From Rhizodiscina lignyota (lineage: Eukaryota), in assembly GCA_010015805.1 (NCBI GenBank), contig ML978126.1:248001-312000 (forward strand): a DNA stretch of 64,000 bases, given 5' to 3'. Below the pieces are notes generated by a model that was not told the origin of the DNA, did not search any database, and worked only from the letters and a program-made list of their open reading frames with translations. A program made the position numbers and the translations under genes. Shown piece by piece: positions 1 to 12,381 of this stretch (the stretch's first letter is position 1; every line of letters begins with the position of its first letter).

Positions 1-1
1 A

Positions 2-541
2 ATGGTTGAAGAAGAGAAGTGTCCCGAAGTCGACAGTCTAGACGAGGAAGGGAAATACGCCAAGTCTGTCATTGACAAAATGAAACTTCGTTGTGCTGAC
101 CTAGAAGCACAGAATCTGGCCCAAACTTTGTGGATAGACGAACTCGAACAGCGTTGCAACAATCTTGAGATTGCTTATCTTGAGAGCCTACCCAAGAAGT
201 ACGAGGAGAAGTCAAGCATACTCGAAAGCGCACTGCAGAATGCTCACGAAAACTCCATCCAGCATGCCGCCGAGGTCAGGGAGTACAAAGAGAAGGCGGC
301 CACGCTCGAGCGAGCCCTCCAAGACGCACAAGAGTATTCCAGCAAGTATGCTGCCGAGCTCAAGGACAAATGCAATTCAGCGGTCGCTCGACTCAATGCT
401 CAGGTGGAAGAGGCCGTGCGGAAGGCGTCAATCTTTCGCGAGGTGCTGCAAGGTGAACGGGAGAAGTCCAACCAACAAGCGGCAGAGATCAGCGAGCTTC
501 GGCAGCAGAATGAGGAACTCAGGGATATTTTGTGCTTTTGA
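2..541 (+). CDS. Coiled-coil protein of unknown function, probably 5'-truncated by the window edge
   Basis: 179-aa ORF open from the first bases. It is E/K/A/L/Q-rich with a heptad pattern and imperfect 28-aa internal repeats, and ends at TGA 541. Confidence 0.6.
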   Translation: MVEEEKCPEVDSLDEEGKYAKSVIDKMKLRCADLEAQNLAQTLWIDELEQRCNNLEIAYLESLPKKYEEKSSILESALQNAHENSIQHAAEVREYKEKAATLERALQDAQEYSSKYAAELKDKCNSAVARLNAQVEEAVRKASIFREVLQGEREKSNQQAAEISELRQQNEELRDILCF

Positions 542-1051
542 CAGGACCTGCTTCTCGGTGTTTTGGCGCATTCGCATAGAACTTCTTTCGTATTGAAGAT
601 CTCGCACGAACGGTAGTGAAACGTTCCTGCCAAAGAGAAACGATTGACAATGAAAAAGGAAGAGATAACTAGATCTAATTAGTTGGACTCATGTCTTTGT
701 AGCATTTCCGGCGTACTTGTCCTGTAGGCCGGCAAATTGAGGCTGCCTTTCGGGTATTCCTCTGCTCACTGTGCCTAACGCATTATTATGCCGTCCCATA
801 CTTGTGCCCGCTATAAAATCAGATATAAAGGCGGTAACACACACGTAATTTTCGTAGTAGCTGGATTCGGGAGTATCTAGGGTAGCTATAGCAAATAATT
901 TATATTAAGCTACGACAAATATCGACGTATTGTTAGGTACTGAGCTACTTGAAATTAAAGTACCCCTTGATTTTCTCGGCCAGGGGGGCTTCTCGCGACG
1001 TAGGGATAGACATTGTACAGTTCAACTTACTCTGTTTCATGGTCATATGCC

Positions 1052-2087
1052 TCACAGATATGCTTTCGTCTCCCTTTCACACCAGTCCCAGAATTTCTCG
1101 GCGATACCCCCGCTCTTTCCCATCTCCTCTTCGAGATCCTTCCTGTTTCCTCCAAGTCTGCCCCATGGTAAGACATAGCCGCCATCATTATCTTTTGTTA
1201 TATCCTCGCTCCACCCGGACCACAGCTCTGTATAAGCTCCAAACACGGCATCGTACAGGAGAAGGCGATTTACGATGACCAGCGCGATTGCAGAATTATG
1301 CCGCTGCAGCTCCGTTTTGAGGTTTCCGGGGTTGAAGCAGATACTGATGACTTTGCTGCCTTTGCCGAGTCGCCGCGCGTACTCGTACGCGAGATATCGA
1401 TCGCCAACTTTTGAGTAACCGTATGACGAGCCCTTAGGATAGTCAGGAGCATTAGTCTTGTTGTCCCAGAGCATTCCGCCTTTCGGCGTCCGTAGATCCA
1501 TTTCAAGGCTTCCGGCCCACGTTATGCGTACGGAGTTCACGGGAGCGGTGGCAGCAGTCTGTTCGAGAATCGGGCGCAGCAGGATCGCAAGGAGGTAATG
1601 GCCGAGGCAGTTTGTGCCGACTTGCATGTCGTGCCCTTGCGCGGTCTTGCTTCCGGCTGGCGGATGCATCACTCCAGCGTTGAGAGTCAAGACGTCAAGT
1701 CGGCGCTCCTTCTGTTGGAAAGCTTGTACAGCTGGCTTTATAGTCGGAAGATCCGCAAGATCAAGCTGGAGGAACTCAACACGGCCGCCGGACCTGGGAA
1801 AATCGTTTTTCAGCTTCGTGATTGCCGCGTTGGCTTTGGACTGCGAACGGCCCGCTACGTAAACGGTGGCATTGTGCTGATAGAGGATTTCAACGAGCTT
1901 CAGGCCGACGCCAGTATCTTCAAAGGTCAGCTTTAGCCTTTTATTTCTAGGATACCAGAAAGGGAGCTTTACAGCCACCGGTTACCAGGTGAACCTTTCC
2001 TGCTTGGTCTGGGAGGTTCTTCTCAGTCAGTGCAGGAGGTGGTAGATTGAAGCTCTGCTTGTAGAGGCGAGAGAGGGAAGAGCCCAT
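1052..2087 (-). CDS. Short-chain dehydrogenase/reductase (retinol-dehydrogenase/WWOX-like subgroup)
   Basis: ATG at 2087 (MGSSLSRLYKQSFNLPPPALTEKNLPDQAGKVHLVTGG). Removing intron 1918-1972 (GTAAAG..GCTGAC..AAG) restores the Rossmann motif TGGYTGVG. LNAG, YGYSK (YxxxK) and NPGNLKT are present. Confidence 0.92.
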
Positions 2088-2865
2088 GTTTGAGTTGTCT
2101 TGGGCGTCAGGCATTCAGTGCAGACTGTCTCTTCCCAAAGAAATTGCAATAAGGAATCTAATTGAATTGGCAGCGAGTCGAAGAACTTGAGAAGATATTA
2201 AACTGCAATTGAACAACATGAGAGCGCCGACTTGACGAATGTACCATTCTTAACTACCTCTGAAGGTACCCAGGCAGCGCTGATAGTGCGTATGTTTCAT
2301 CCAATTCAATTGCGATGTTCGTCCGCCCCTCGGACAAAAATGCTTCGCTTCCTTTGAAAGCGAACTGGCCAATACGACATGGGTTTTGAGCAATATCACT
2401 TAAAGGCGCACACGGTTTCCAAATCTAGTCTATCTTGGGTTTCCGGCTTCGTCATCACTGACTAAGATTGGCTGTGGCTTTGCGCACACTGCGTTAGTAG
2501 CCATGGTATGGCGAGAGCATTGCAAGGCCGGTTACAGTGTGGCCCAGATGTGGTTAACGCCGACTCGGCGTGGCCGACGACCAGGCAGACGCTTGTGACG
2601 CAAGATGCGCAGGTTCATGATAAGCTTAAATTCAGGGACGGAAACTGATCCGATTGAGTGATGGGCATTGAAGAAAATATAGTCGGTGGGTGCTAATAAT
2701 CCCGAGCCATTCAGGTGGCTTCTAGTCCGAGCGAGCCAATCATATCGGCGACTGGCAGTAGCGAAGTCATTGTAAGATTCATCACACGAAACAAATACTT
2801 CGAATAATTTATTCAAGTGTCCCATCAAGGACAAAAACATATTTAGAGTTATGCTAAGGTCGCTA

Positions 2866-3843
2866 CTACATGTATGTTGGAGGCGCTGTTAACGTGGCTT
2901 CGGCTGTTCCTGAACGCATCACCCTGAATCGTTCCAAGCAGGAATATATCTTCTTCGGACCGCGCACCAACGTTGCCGCGAGGGCAGTTGGGACCAATTG
3001 GAGAATCTGTTGGACCCTGAGGTGTGAAAACCTGTCCAAGGCCAAACGAAATCCTCCCACCAGCTCCTGTATTTTGTCTCCGTGTCCGTGACGCACACTA
3101 TTCTCTCTCCCTGTCAATGCACTTTCGCGTTCATTCACCGTCTTTTCCCTGGCATCCAAATTGTCGTCTCTTATACTCCGTGCTTCCTCCCACCTGCGCA
3201 GTCTTTGACAGTTCGTCGGTACTCGATTGCCAGCAATATGACCAAGAAGCTCTCCACAATCGGAACGAGTGGCATAGAACCGCGATTCGACCTGCCTTGG
3301 TTGGCTCAAAGTGTAGATATACTTTTGAAGTTTCAATCTCGCAGGCCAATCCCTTTTCAGACCTTGCTGATACAGGTCTGCCATGTCTTGAATTGCATTC
3401 CGGGCCTTTTCCCAGATTCCTGATGGCTTGATCTTGGAAAGGAGACTGTGGACGGAATAGCGGCTCCACCCCTCAAGCTGTGCCTTATTCATATCGTTGA
3501 TAAGAACCGAGCAGCTCTCCATGCATGACTTGCTCGATAGAACAGATAAGATATACCAAACAGCCCGGATAGCGGCAATGTCAATTCCTAGATGATTCAG
3601 GGCAGCAGTGAAGCCGTCTAGAGCTCGCTGGCAGCGACAAGTATCTCGCATCCCGAGCCCACCCAGCCATTCTCCCAACTTGATCCATATTTCGACGTTG
3701 GGAATCATTGTGTACCAGTTTGGTGGGGGATGTTCGACGAGCTGAAAATAGAAAAACCATGCGATAAAATTACTGAAGTTCTCAGGATCTATTTTGCTAT
3801 CAATAATTTGTATGAGAAGCGGAGGGACCTCCTGCAGCTCCAT
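2866..3843 (-). CDS. Hypothetical orphan protein (~325 aa) with a C-terminal coiled-coil segment
   Basis: Long uninterrupted ORF with first ATG at 3843 in good context (GAAATGG), preceded by a pyrimidine-rich leader. No family motif recognised. Confidence 0.5.
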   Translation of the reverse strand: MELQEVPPLLIQIIDSKIDPENFSNFIAWFFYFQLVEHPPPNWYTMIPNVEIWIKLGEWLGGLGMRDTCRCQRALDGFTAALNHLGIDIAAIRAVWYILSVLSSKSCMESCSVLINDMNKAQLEGWSRYSVHSLLSKIKPSGIWEKARNAIQDMADLYQQGLKRDWPARLKLQKYIYTLSQPRQVESRFYATRSDCGELLGHIAGNRVPTNCQRLRRWEEARSIRDDNLDAREKTVNERESALTGRENSVRHGHGDKIQELVGGFRLALDRFSHLRVQQILQLVPTALAATLVRGPKKIYSCLERFRVMRSGTAEATLTAPPTYM

Positions 3844-4463
3844 TTCGGGCAATGGTGAACGTCAAGGGTAGAAACTGTAGGCGTGACTGCAGAAAGCCAA
3901 TGTGAGTGCTGTGGGAGAAGAGCCGTAGAGCTTCGGCGGTTTTCAAGCTTTAGAATTGGAAGTCGTGAGATGGATGATGGAAGAAATGTATTTGACAGTC
4001 TTGAGAGGTTGGTCGAAAACTGCTTTCGAATGTGTGAACGTTGGAAATAAGTCTGTTGAGCTCAAGGAGACCCAATGATATGAAAGACGTTTGATTCTCC
4101 TAGGGTCTCTCTCGATCCTTCAATAGAGCCTCTTGCTCCCGATTTCCCGCCCAGCATAGAGCATATCGATTCATTCCCTCGAGCCTGTGTTCCACTTGCA
4201 TTCACTGAAACGGGCCGCTCTATTATTCTCGAGGCAGTAAGTTAAACTGTTAGTGGACAAAAACAAAGCTAGGCAATTCAATGGATTACAGCAAGTAGCA
4301 CACACGAAGATCAAAACTACATCACTCCTACATTTGAGAGGGGCTCGGGAGACAGCTGCTTCAGCTCAAAAACTCATCTTAGAGAGAGATTCATACATAA
4401 CCGAAGAGGTTCCCAAGATTTTCTGGTAAATACTCCAAACGTCGAAGTGAGTCTGGTGTAGCT

Positions 4464-4934
4464 CTATTGTCGTTTCTTCGTTGTGTCCTTGCTCTTTTCG
4501 CCAGTCCCGATGCCCAGCAGAAAAGTGATCTTCGCAAGCTGAGGCAAAATCGTGCTCACAATCGTGAAACCGGACGCTGCATCCCAGAGCATCGGATTAA
4601 AGAACCTAGCATTCCCAAGGTCCATCCAGATACTAGTGATATATAACGCATCACTGATGAGCCCGGCCGTCAGCACCATTCTCCAGATGTTCCTGTCATT
4701 GGTATAGCGTAGGATAACGGCGTCGTTAAACGATAGGAGGAACCAGCCTCCCGCAATTTGGAGTGTCAGTGGGCGCAGCGGCGCGGAATAGTATTGGAGT
4801 AGATTTGGTGTCTGCCCTTCGAGGGTGGCGAGTGGAGCGAAGAGGATCGATAGGCCCCCGAGGCAAGCTGCGATGGGCTCGATGTAGTGGAAGGTCAGTC
4901 GATATATGAATGGAATAGGGGAATAAGATGCCAT
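4464..4934 (-). CDS. Small fungal multi-pass membrane protein (about 4 TM), function unknown
   Basis: 156-aa ORF with four hydrophobic segments. The motifs IPFIYRLTFHYIEP and ILRYTNDRNIWRMV..AGLISD resemble a widespread ascomycete hypothetical family. Confidence 0.78.
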   Translation of the reverse strand: MASYSPIPFIYRLTFHYIEPIAACLGGLSILFAPLATLEGQTPNLLQYYSAPLRPLTLQIAGGWFLLSFNDAVILRYTNDRNIWRMVLTAGLISDALYITSIWMDLGNARFFNPMLWDAASGFTIVSTILPQLAKITFLLGIGTGEKSKDTTKKRQ

Positions 4935-5303
4935 TTCTGAGTTCCTTTCCCGCGCGCTGCGCTGAAACTTCGTAAATACACTGCTCAGAGAAGGACAGGA
5001 CGGAGTAATAAGTAAGATTGTTGATCCTGAGACTTGATGTTACATACAAAGGCAACGGAAAGCTCCGTGTGCTCCTCCGCAACCTCCGAGCTCAAACCGG
5101 TACCTTTGTACCCCTGCCTCTTAGCATCATACATCCAAGGCGAGGCAAAGGCATACTCTAAGCGTCACGACCAGATTGCAAGGGCGGTGGTCGACGCCTG
5201 ACAGTCTTGGTTCACAAAGAAAGGTCTCCAGCACGTCTCCCGAAGCAACAACCAGCTGCGCGAATCCACAAATCTAGAAGTCGCTCCCATCAGCAGTCAC
5301 ATC

Positions 5304-7313
5304 ATGGTTGCCCCAAGGAGCCGCAAGGCGGCGTTTGCTGAAGAGAGTGCAGAGGTGGAGGTGCTATTCGCAAACATGGAGAAGCTGAAAGGTCTCACGA
5401 AGAAGATACAAGGCTCGCTGAACAGGATGGAGACCAGCGGGCAGAGCGTGAAGGAGGCAGTGGGACCCATCTACGGAAATACACAGAAGTTACAAATCAC
5501 CAACTCAAGTATGAGCTCGCTAATGAGGCATCGTCGTGTGATGCGGAGATCTAATGTTGTTGGCAGATATCGATAGAATCATTGATGCTATCGAGCGCAT
5601 ACGCGAGCCTCTCGACCAACGCAATCGAGAAGAACGAATCATACAGTCAGATCCCAAGCAAACTGGCTTGAACGATTACATCGCCTCACTCGATCGTACA
5701 AATCAGGCACTGGGAGATCTGAAGAACACCAACCTCCGCTCGAATCAGCAAGCGATTGCTGAGCTCAATAACCTTCTCACAACCGGTACGAGCAGGCTGC
5801 AGGATGAGTTTAGAGATGCGCTGTATGAGCATACTCGGCCGGTGGAGCCATTGCATTTCATTACAAAACGTATGTCACGCACAAATGACTCTGCTTGGCT
5901 TTGATCTAATCTACTCCAGAATTGAAATTTCCTTCAATACCTGAAGAGAGCGTATCACGCTTACGGACCATTCACAATCATATCACGCAGTCCATGGCGC
6001 AGACCCAAGCTAGCGGTGAAGCCCCTACTATCAAGATATATGCCGAGTTACGCGGGGACTACATGGCACAGTCATTGCGCAACCTGGCGACGGCATCAAT
6101 GTCAACAGCGCGGAAGACCACAGTCGATGCGATATATCGTCAAGGAACCAGCGGTATAGGCACCTACGCCACAGCCTTGGAAGGTATATACGTTTCAGAG
6201 TACGACAATATATGCCCTATATTCTCACGCGAGGATTGGGGACGAGTATGTGCGCTCACCTGTCGTGCATCGCTGGGAGAGTTCCGCAAGACTTTAAGTG
6301 ATCTTAATAATCACATCAAGAGTCACATCACCACGGACTGCTACCTGGCCTTCGAAATCATCGAGATTGTTTCTCGCCTCAGCATCCGCCTTGAATCGCA
6401 AATGGGCGCTGAAATCAAACAACCAATCGCTGATGCAGTTCGACCGATCCGCGATACAGCCAAGCAATCAATATCGACGCTCTATGATGAGCCTCGCACG
6501 AAAGTGCAGTCTCTCGTGTCCTTGCCATTTGATGGTGCAGCGGTTCCCATTACTCAGGAAACAATGTCTCGTCTTCAAACCATGACCGCATACCTTCAGC
6601 CGCTTTCCTCACTACTCACTTCTCTAGGCAAAGGCGGATGGGCAACATCTCCTACAGGATCAACGACCTCACTCCCCACCCTTGACTCCTTTGATGTAGG
6701 AGCAGATGGTCGTCAACTCTTTGCGGCCTATGCCGTCGACATGCTTGACTCGCTTGTGAACGCGCTCGACAACAAAGGGCGTGCCCTTCTGAAGAACAAG
6801 AGCGTGCAGGGCGTGTTCCTGATGAACAATGTGGCCATCATCGAGCGAATGATACGCAACTCGGAGCTCTCAACTCTCCTCGTTAGCGTCGGTCCGAAAA
6901 TGGATTCCTGGAAAAAGCGCGGTAGCAACATGTACCTTGACTCTTGGCGCGAGACATCCATGCAGCTCATGGAGGCCCAGCACACGTCTCGCGCCCGTCC
7001 CCCATCTGGCACACAATCTGGCAGCAGCGTTGACAGTGCTGCGGTTATCAAGTCCCTTTCGTCGAAGGAGAAGGATGCGCTGAAGGAGAAACTCAAGACT
7101 TTCAACGCAAACTTCGATGCGCTGATTGAGAAGCATCGCAGCTATCGTATGGAGAAAGAAGTCAGAATTTCGTTGGCGAAAGACGTCCAGAGCGTCATAG
7201 AGCCACTTTATGCGAGGTTTTGGGATCGATACCACGAGATCGATAAAGGAAAGGGAAAATACATCAAGTATGATAAAAGCGGCATTTCAACTGCTTTGGC
7301 TATGCTGGGCTAA
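5304..7313 (+). CDS. EXO70: Exocyst complex subunit Exo70
   Basis: N-terminus [27 protein letters not shown]. Introns 5509-5566 and 5870-5919. C-terminal Exo70 motifs [18 protein letters not shown] and [20 protein letters not shown]. Confidence 0.96.
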
Positions 7314-8368
7314 GTGGAATATTGCTCTACAAAGCGATAGAGTCGCTTGAGTCTTCGTTTCCTATTAGATACCCCTGATGAATACCAGTAAAGTTTTTAA
7401 TAGCAACAAATCTTTCTGAAAGTGTGACTTCTCTCACGCAGATGGATCCACCCTGCCTCCATGAAAAGAATGGACATTTGGAATACCTAGATATAAAAGT
7501 ATCAAGCTCACTAAGCAGCATACATAATCATACTACTTAGGCAGCACGGATGGATCTGAACTCCGCAATTACAAACTCCAACCCTAATCCGGACAGCGGT
7601 ATCCTAGAGTCTTAACTCTTAACGTCATGGCTCGGTCGGTATTAATCCCTTTTCCGTGTATCAAAGCGAGAATTCTTAGCCCAAGCCAGATCTTCGTCGC
7701 CGACCACCCAGAATCGACGTGATTCAAATCGGATTTATGGTACTCTCCTTGTCTCCAGGCTTCTCTGGAGCTAACACGGAGGTCTCGGTTTCCTTTGTCT
7801 TCCAGAAGCCGGCACCGGGGCGTGTGCTACGAAGGATTCACGAGGTACGATTTAAGAAGGTTGACGCTTGCTCCAAGGAGCCAAAGCTAAAGGCGATCTC
7901 AGGTCGTTCGCATTCGCACTCCTTTCCTGTTGTGTCATTTTAAAGCGCCGAGCGTCTGGGCCTGCGTTGGTGGAGGCTTGGAAGCTTTGTAAAAACCGAT
8001 TATTAAGACCGATACCGCCTTTTAGCAGTAGTAACCGCTCTCTGCACAACGCCCCACTGCCAGTGGCGTCATTGTCAGACGCATTTTCGCAAGAGGCTGT
8101 GCCACGGACGAGCATTCGTCCGCCGGATGTAAAAGCTGAAGACTCCAGGTTGAGAGGAACTACGCAATGCGCTTCTGACTGCTTCGGTGCAGGAGTTAGG
8201 CGATTAATTGTGTTGTTGCCTCCGGGAACGCCGCTACATACTCCCGTTCTCTGTGTCTTTTCAATCATTGTCCTCGTCCTAACGCTTTCGCACAATTCTC
8301 AGTCTTACCAACCTTCGCACCATCGTATTGCGATACGCGGGACATTCCGTCGAAAAAGAGAATCACTA

Positions 8369-11023
8369 ATGACAGGAAGCTCCAGTGGCCCCGAGGGGGG
8401 TGTTAGGAAGAAGATGAGGAAGGGCACGCACAGCTGCTTCGAATGTGGGTATCCTGCTCTTATATGTGGAGGCGTCCGACCTTTGTCCGGGGAGTTGCTC
8501 TGGGCATGTCTTTGAAGTTCAGGGTCGTACAGAGATCGAGTCGTATCTCGCATCTTGTGCTCCAACAGACCTGTAGAAAACAACTGCTAATGTAAAGGGA
8601 TATAGGTCGTCGTCGCAAGATCCGCTGCATCTACTCGTCGGACAACCCGTCTGTCTGCAACGAATGCTTTGCTCGTGGCTCAAAATGCATAGACCAAGAA
8701 CATGCAGAGAGCGATGTGGTACTCGATCAGCGCAAGAACCTCCGCGAGCGCGTCGCTAAGCTTGAAACACTGGTCGAGACCCTCCTCGACGACAAGTCGG
8801 ACAGGACAACTGCTGCGGAGGCGCTGAAGAAACTCGGCGGTAGCGAGTTCCCGCCTACCCCAAGGTCGAACAATGAATCTCCCAGGGCGCCTTTGACAGT
8901 GCCGGAGAGAGAAGATCTCCAGCGAGGTGCAATCGATGCGCCTGTGCTGTCATTGTTCGACAATGCGGTGTTGAGTCGAGTGGAGAGCAAGCTATCCACA
9001 ATTACCTCCACAAGCAGCCCTGGGATATCAAGATCAGAGGAAACGTCTCCGGCAGAGCAGCGAGCATGGAGCATCAGTCATGAGGCCGAACCGACATTCG
9101 ACGAAGTCAACAAGTTGAAGAATGATAGGATACGACAAATTTTCATCAAGGCTCTTCCTTCGTGGGACGAACTAATCAAGATATGTCGAGGCAATGACGC
9201 ATGGTGGGAGATGTGCAAGCACAAGTGTTCCGGCATTGTCGGTAACATCCAGAGTCTCGAGAATTTTGCGACCGCCTGCCTCACAGAGAAGGGAAACCCG
9301 AGCAAACTCGGATGTCTCATTCTGTGTGTTGGCTCCTGTGCTGATGACAACGGCGAGGCTTTAGATCGAGCTCTGGAGCTTGTCGACCGATATATCACTT
9401 CCGATGACGACTACCTATCTACTTTGGAAGGCTTGGAATGCTGTATGCTGCAAGCCAAATGCTACTCGGATATTGGCCAGGCCAGAAGATCATGGCGCAT
9501 ATTCCGTCGAGCACTTAATAATGCCGAGATGATGGGTCTACATAAAACTCATTCATCGTCGCCACAGGCAGCTGGCATTTGGTGGAATCTGTATATGGGA
9601 GATCGTATGGTGAGCCTCATGCTCGGATTACCATATGCTATCAACAATGACCACGTCGACATGAGAGTCAATGGAAAAGATATATGGGAGGATAAGTCGA
9701 TTGAGACCTTCATGCTGAAGTCGGCCATTGTCGCAGGCTATGTCACTGACAGGCTGCTATCATCCAAATCCTCCTCTTTTTCATCGGCAATGGAGGTGGA
9801 CCAATTGATGGACAAGATCATCAGCGACCTACCCAAGGAATGGTGGACCATTCCACCCAGCTCCGAAATTGACACTGCATCGAAGCTGGTAGACTGGCAA
9901 GTGCAGGTCCTGACGCAGATGTGTTTCCATCAAACTCGCGTCTACTTGCATATGCCATTCATGCTGCAGTCAGCCACCAACTCCAGATATGACTATTCCA
10001 GAAGGGCTTGCCTCGATGGTGCGCGAGAAATGCTGAATTTGTATCACGTTTTGCGTCAAGCGGGCTTTTCTGCCTATCAATGCAAAGTAATCGACTTCAT
10101 TGGATTCACCGCTGCTGTCGTTCTCATTCTCGGTCTCCTCGGATATGGACGTCTAGCGTCTTCGCATGACCCGCAGCAAGATGAGCGCGACTGGCAGCTC
10201 ATTGAAACATCAATGGAAATCTTCAAAGAGGCAGCGAACGAAAAGGGTGGGAAAGTCGCAGAACAGAGCTACCAGGTTCTGAAACAATTCTCCCAAGTCC
10301 GGAATTTCGAAGGACAAGGACCAGACGACAATCCCGATTGCATTGCCAAAATCTCGATTCCATGTAAGTCATCTTCTTATCCAAGACTAATCTAAATACC
10401 TAAGCTTATATAGACTTCCAGACTTCGGTACTATGTCAATCAAACGTGGCCAGAAGTTCCATCACATTCCTACACCAAATAGCTCTAATACTCCATCTTC
10501 CATGAGCAATTGCCAGCATACACCCGCTTCTACCACCGCCTCATCATTTCAACAGTCCAATTCGTCTAATTTCCCCTCACCGGCGACTCAGAATACGCAC
10601 AATCCTTTCACCCAGCAGCAGCAACAATCTATCTCTACTGCCTCGAACAACATCTCCTCCATGGATCCCTTCATCGCGTATGATGCAGGCTTCTACATGC
10701 CTCCTGGCGGCATGTTCGACCAGTTTGGACAGGACGAGCCGCTATCTAATTACATGTCGCCACCCACGACCAACACGAACAGCAACAGCGCAAGTGGGAG
10801 TGCAGTGTCTGGCCTGAATCTGCAGCAGGGGAATACCAATAGCGCTCAATCAGGCGCCGCCTACAACGGTGGAGGATTCCCTTGGGGGATGGCCAGTATG
10901 GACCTCGATCAGGATTGGAGTTGGTTCATGAATGACGTTCAGAATTGGCAGCCAAGCGGAAGTCAGGGACAAGGGGCTAATAGTGCGAATGGCGGACACC
11001 CGCAGTTTGCGGTCCTGCCTTAA
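8369..11023 (+). CDS. Zn(II)2Cys6 fungal transcription factor with middle homology region
   Basis: Intron 8445-8605 joins RKKMRKGTHSCFEC to RRRKIRCIYSSDNPSVCNECFARGSKC, giving six Cys. Fungal_trans-like WWNLYMGDRMVSLMLGLPY is present. Intron 10364-10421 gives IPYFGTM, followed by an S/N/Q-rich tail with an acidic-aromatic end. Confidence 0.93.
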
Positions 11024-11381
11024 AAAGAAGTTATGCATTGGGATGGGCTGATTCGGTGAGGCGTTTGTGGATTGATGAGGGCTGTCCCGTCACGGCTCAA
11101 TGATGGGATATGGGGTTGGTAACTTACAGTCGGCGAACTGTGTACGATATCCAGGGAAGGCCATTTTCGGTTATTGATGCTCGATACAAGGATTCGATGC
11201 GAAAGGATTGGGAGTTTGACACTCTAGGCTTTCTCTACTCCAAATACTCTAAGTCTCTTAAATGAAGCGCTTATGCGGCGCGTCTCTATTATGTCTCCCA
11301 ACAGGCTTGTCTCTTGTCAAGTGCTCTCAGCAACGTTGTTTGTCGAACAGGACTCTAATACAGCGATCCCGAAGAACTCCT

Positions 11382-12381
11382 TTATAGTCTCGATCTCTCG
11401 TCTATAAGTTGGACACCTGTGATATTCTGCAATTCTTTCACTGCCTCGATATTCCTTCCAAGATTGACTTTAATGGTCCTCAATCCCAGCGCTCTCGCAG
11501 CCTTTAGATTCTCTCCAATATCATCGACGAACACCACATCCCCTGGCCTCATCCCGCCGTCTCTTTTCCAGTTACTATCATCCCACCACGTCTGCCCCTT
11601 TCCTCTAACCCAGTTTTCAACCGCGGCTAGTGCCAGCTTGTATATCGCGGGATCCGGCTTCCTTAACCCCACGTGTGCGCTGCTAATAAAAACGTCGAAC
11701 ATGTTTCGCACCTCTCTTGCCCGTTCCAGCTCCATACCAGTGAGCCCTTCGATGAATGGCGAATCTTTGTCGTACCTCAGTCCCGTATCAAACAACTTGC
11801 CCTTGTCGTCCCGCACCCCCGGAGGGTACTTCACTGTATTGCTCAAAGCCGTTAGCACAAACTTTCCGCTCGCTCTTAACTTCTTCAGCGCCGGCCACAT
11901 CGCGGGATCTGGCCTCCTGCTGTTTCCCATCATCGCGAAGAACAGCGGTTTCGAGTCTATGTGCGGCTGCTCCTTTACCGGCTGCCCAATTTTCTTGTGG
12001 TAGAACGCCCACGCCTCCGGATCATTCAAGTCTGCGGCCCATAGCTGGAAGAAGCTGTCGTCGAGCGGGATTTCGCCGCGCTCGATGCGCTGCCATGTGC
12101 CATTTGGCGAGGTGCGAGATATTGTGTGATTGATATAGCCGGGTGGGATAGAGTGTGCGATCTCATAGTCGAGGATGGCTTGGAAGGGTGATACGACCTG
12201 CGGGGAAAGCCTGTTAGGACAACAATTTCCATAGTCTGTTCTTCTAGCTGAACGGAATTGCGACTGCTCGATTCACAGGGAAAGAGTCAAGAAGGGTTCG
12301 CGAATATCAGGAACTACTCACACAAACGCCCCCAATGTCGAACAGCAGCACCTTAGGCGGTGGCAACTTCGCTGAAGCCAT
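11382..12381 (-). CDS. HAD-superfamily hydrolase (soluble epoxide hydrolase/ACAD10 N-terminal-like) with C-terminal PTS1
   Basis: ATG 12381 MASAKLPPPKVLLFDIGGVC, intron 12198-12321, then VVSPFQAILDYE. HAD motifs ALSN, GLRKPDPAIY and VFVDDIGENL. Ends in -SRL. Confidence 0.92.

Noticed and set aside
2532..2840. 102-aa minus-strand ORF just downstream of the orphan gene
   Set aside because: No convincing splice path joins it to the upstream ORF, it has no motif, and it lies in probable UTR or promoter sequence.
7579..7590. CAACCCTAA, resembling a telomerase RNA template or telomeric repeat
   Set aside because: Single short match in a ~1 kb spacer. There is no tandem array and no pseudoknot or CR4/5 elements were recognised.
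7868..8515. 215-aa ORF as an N-terminal extension of the Zn2Cys6 factor
   Set aside because: It starts at a non-ATG codon and its upstream part looks like promoter or UTR. The real start fits ATG 8369, and the ORF's end is intron read-through.
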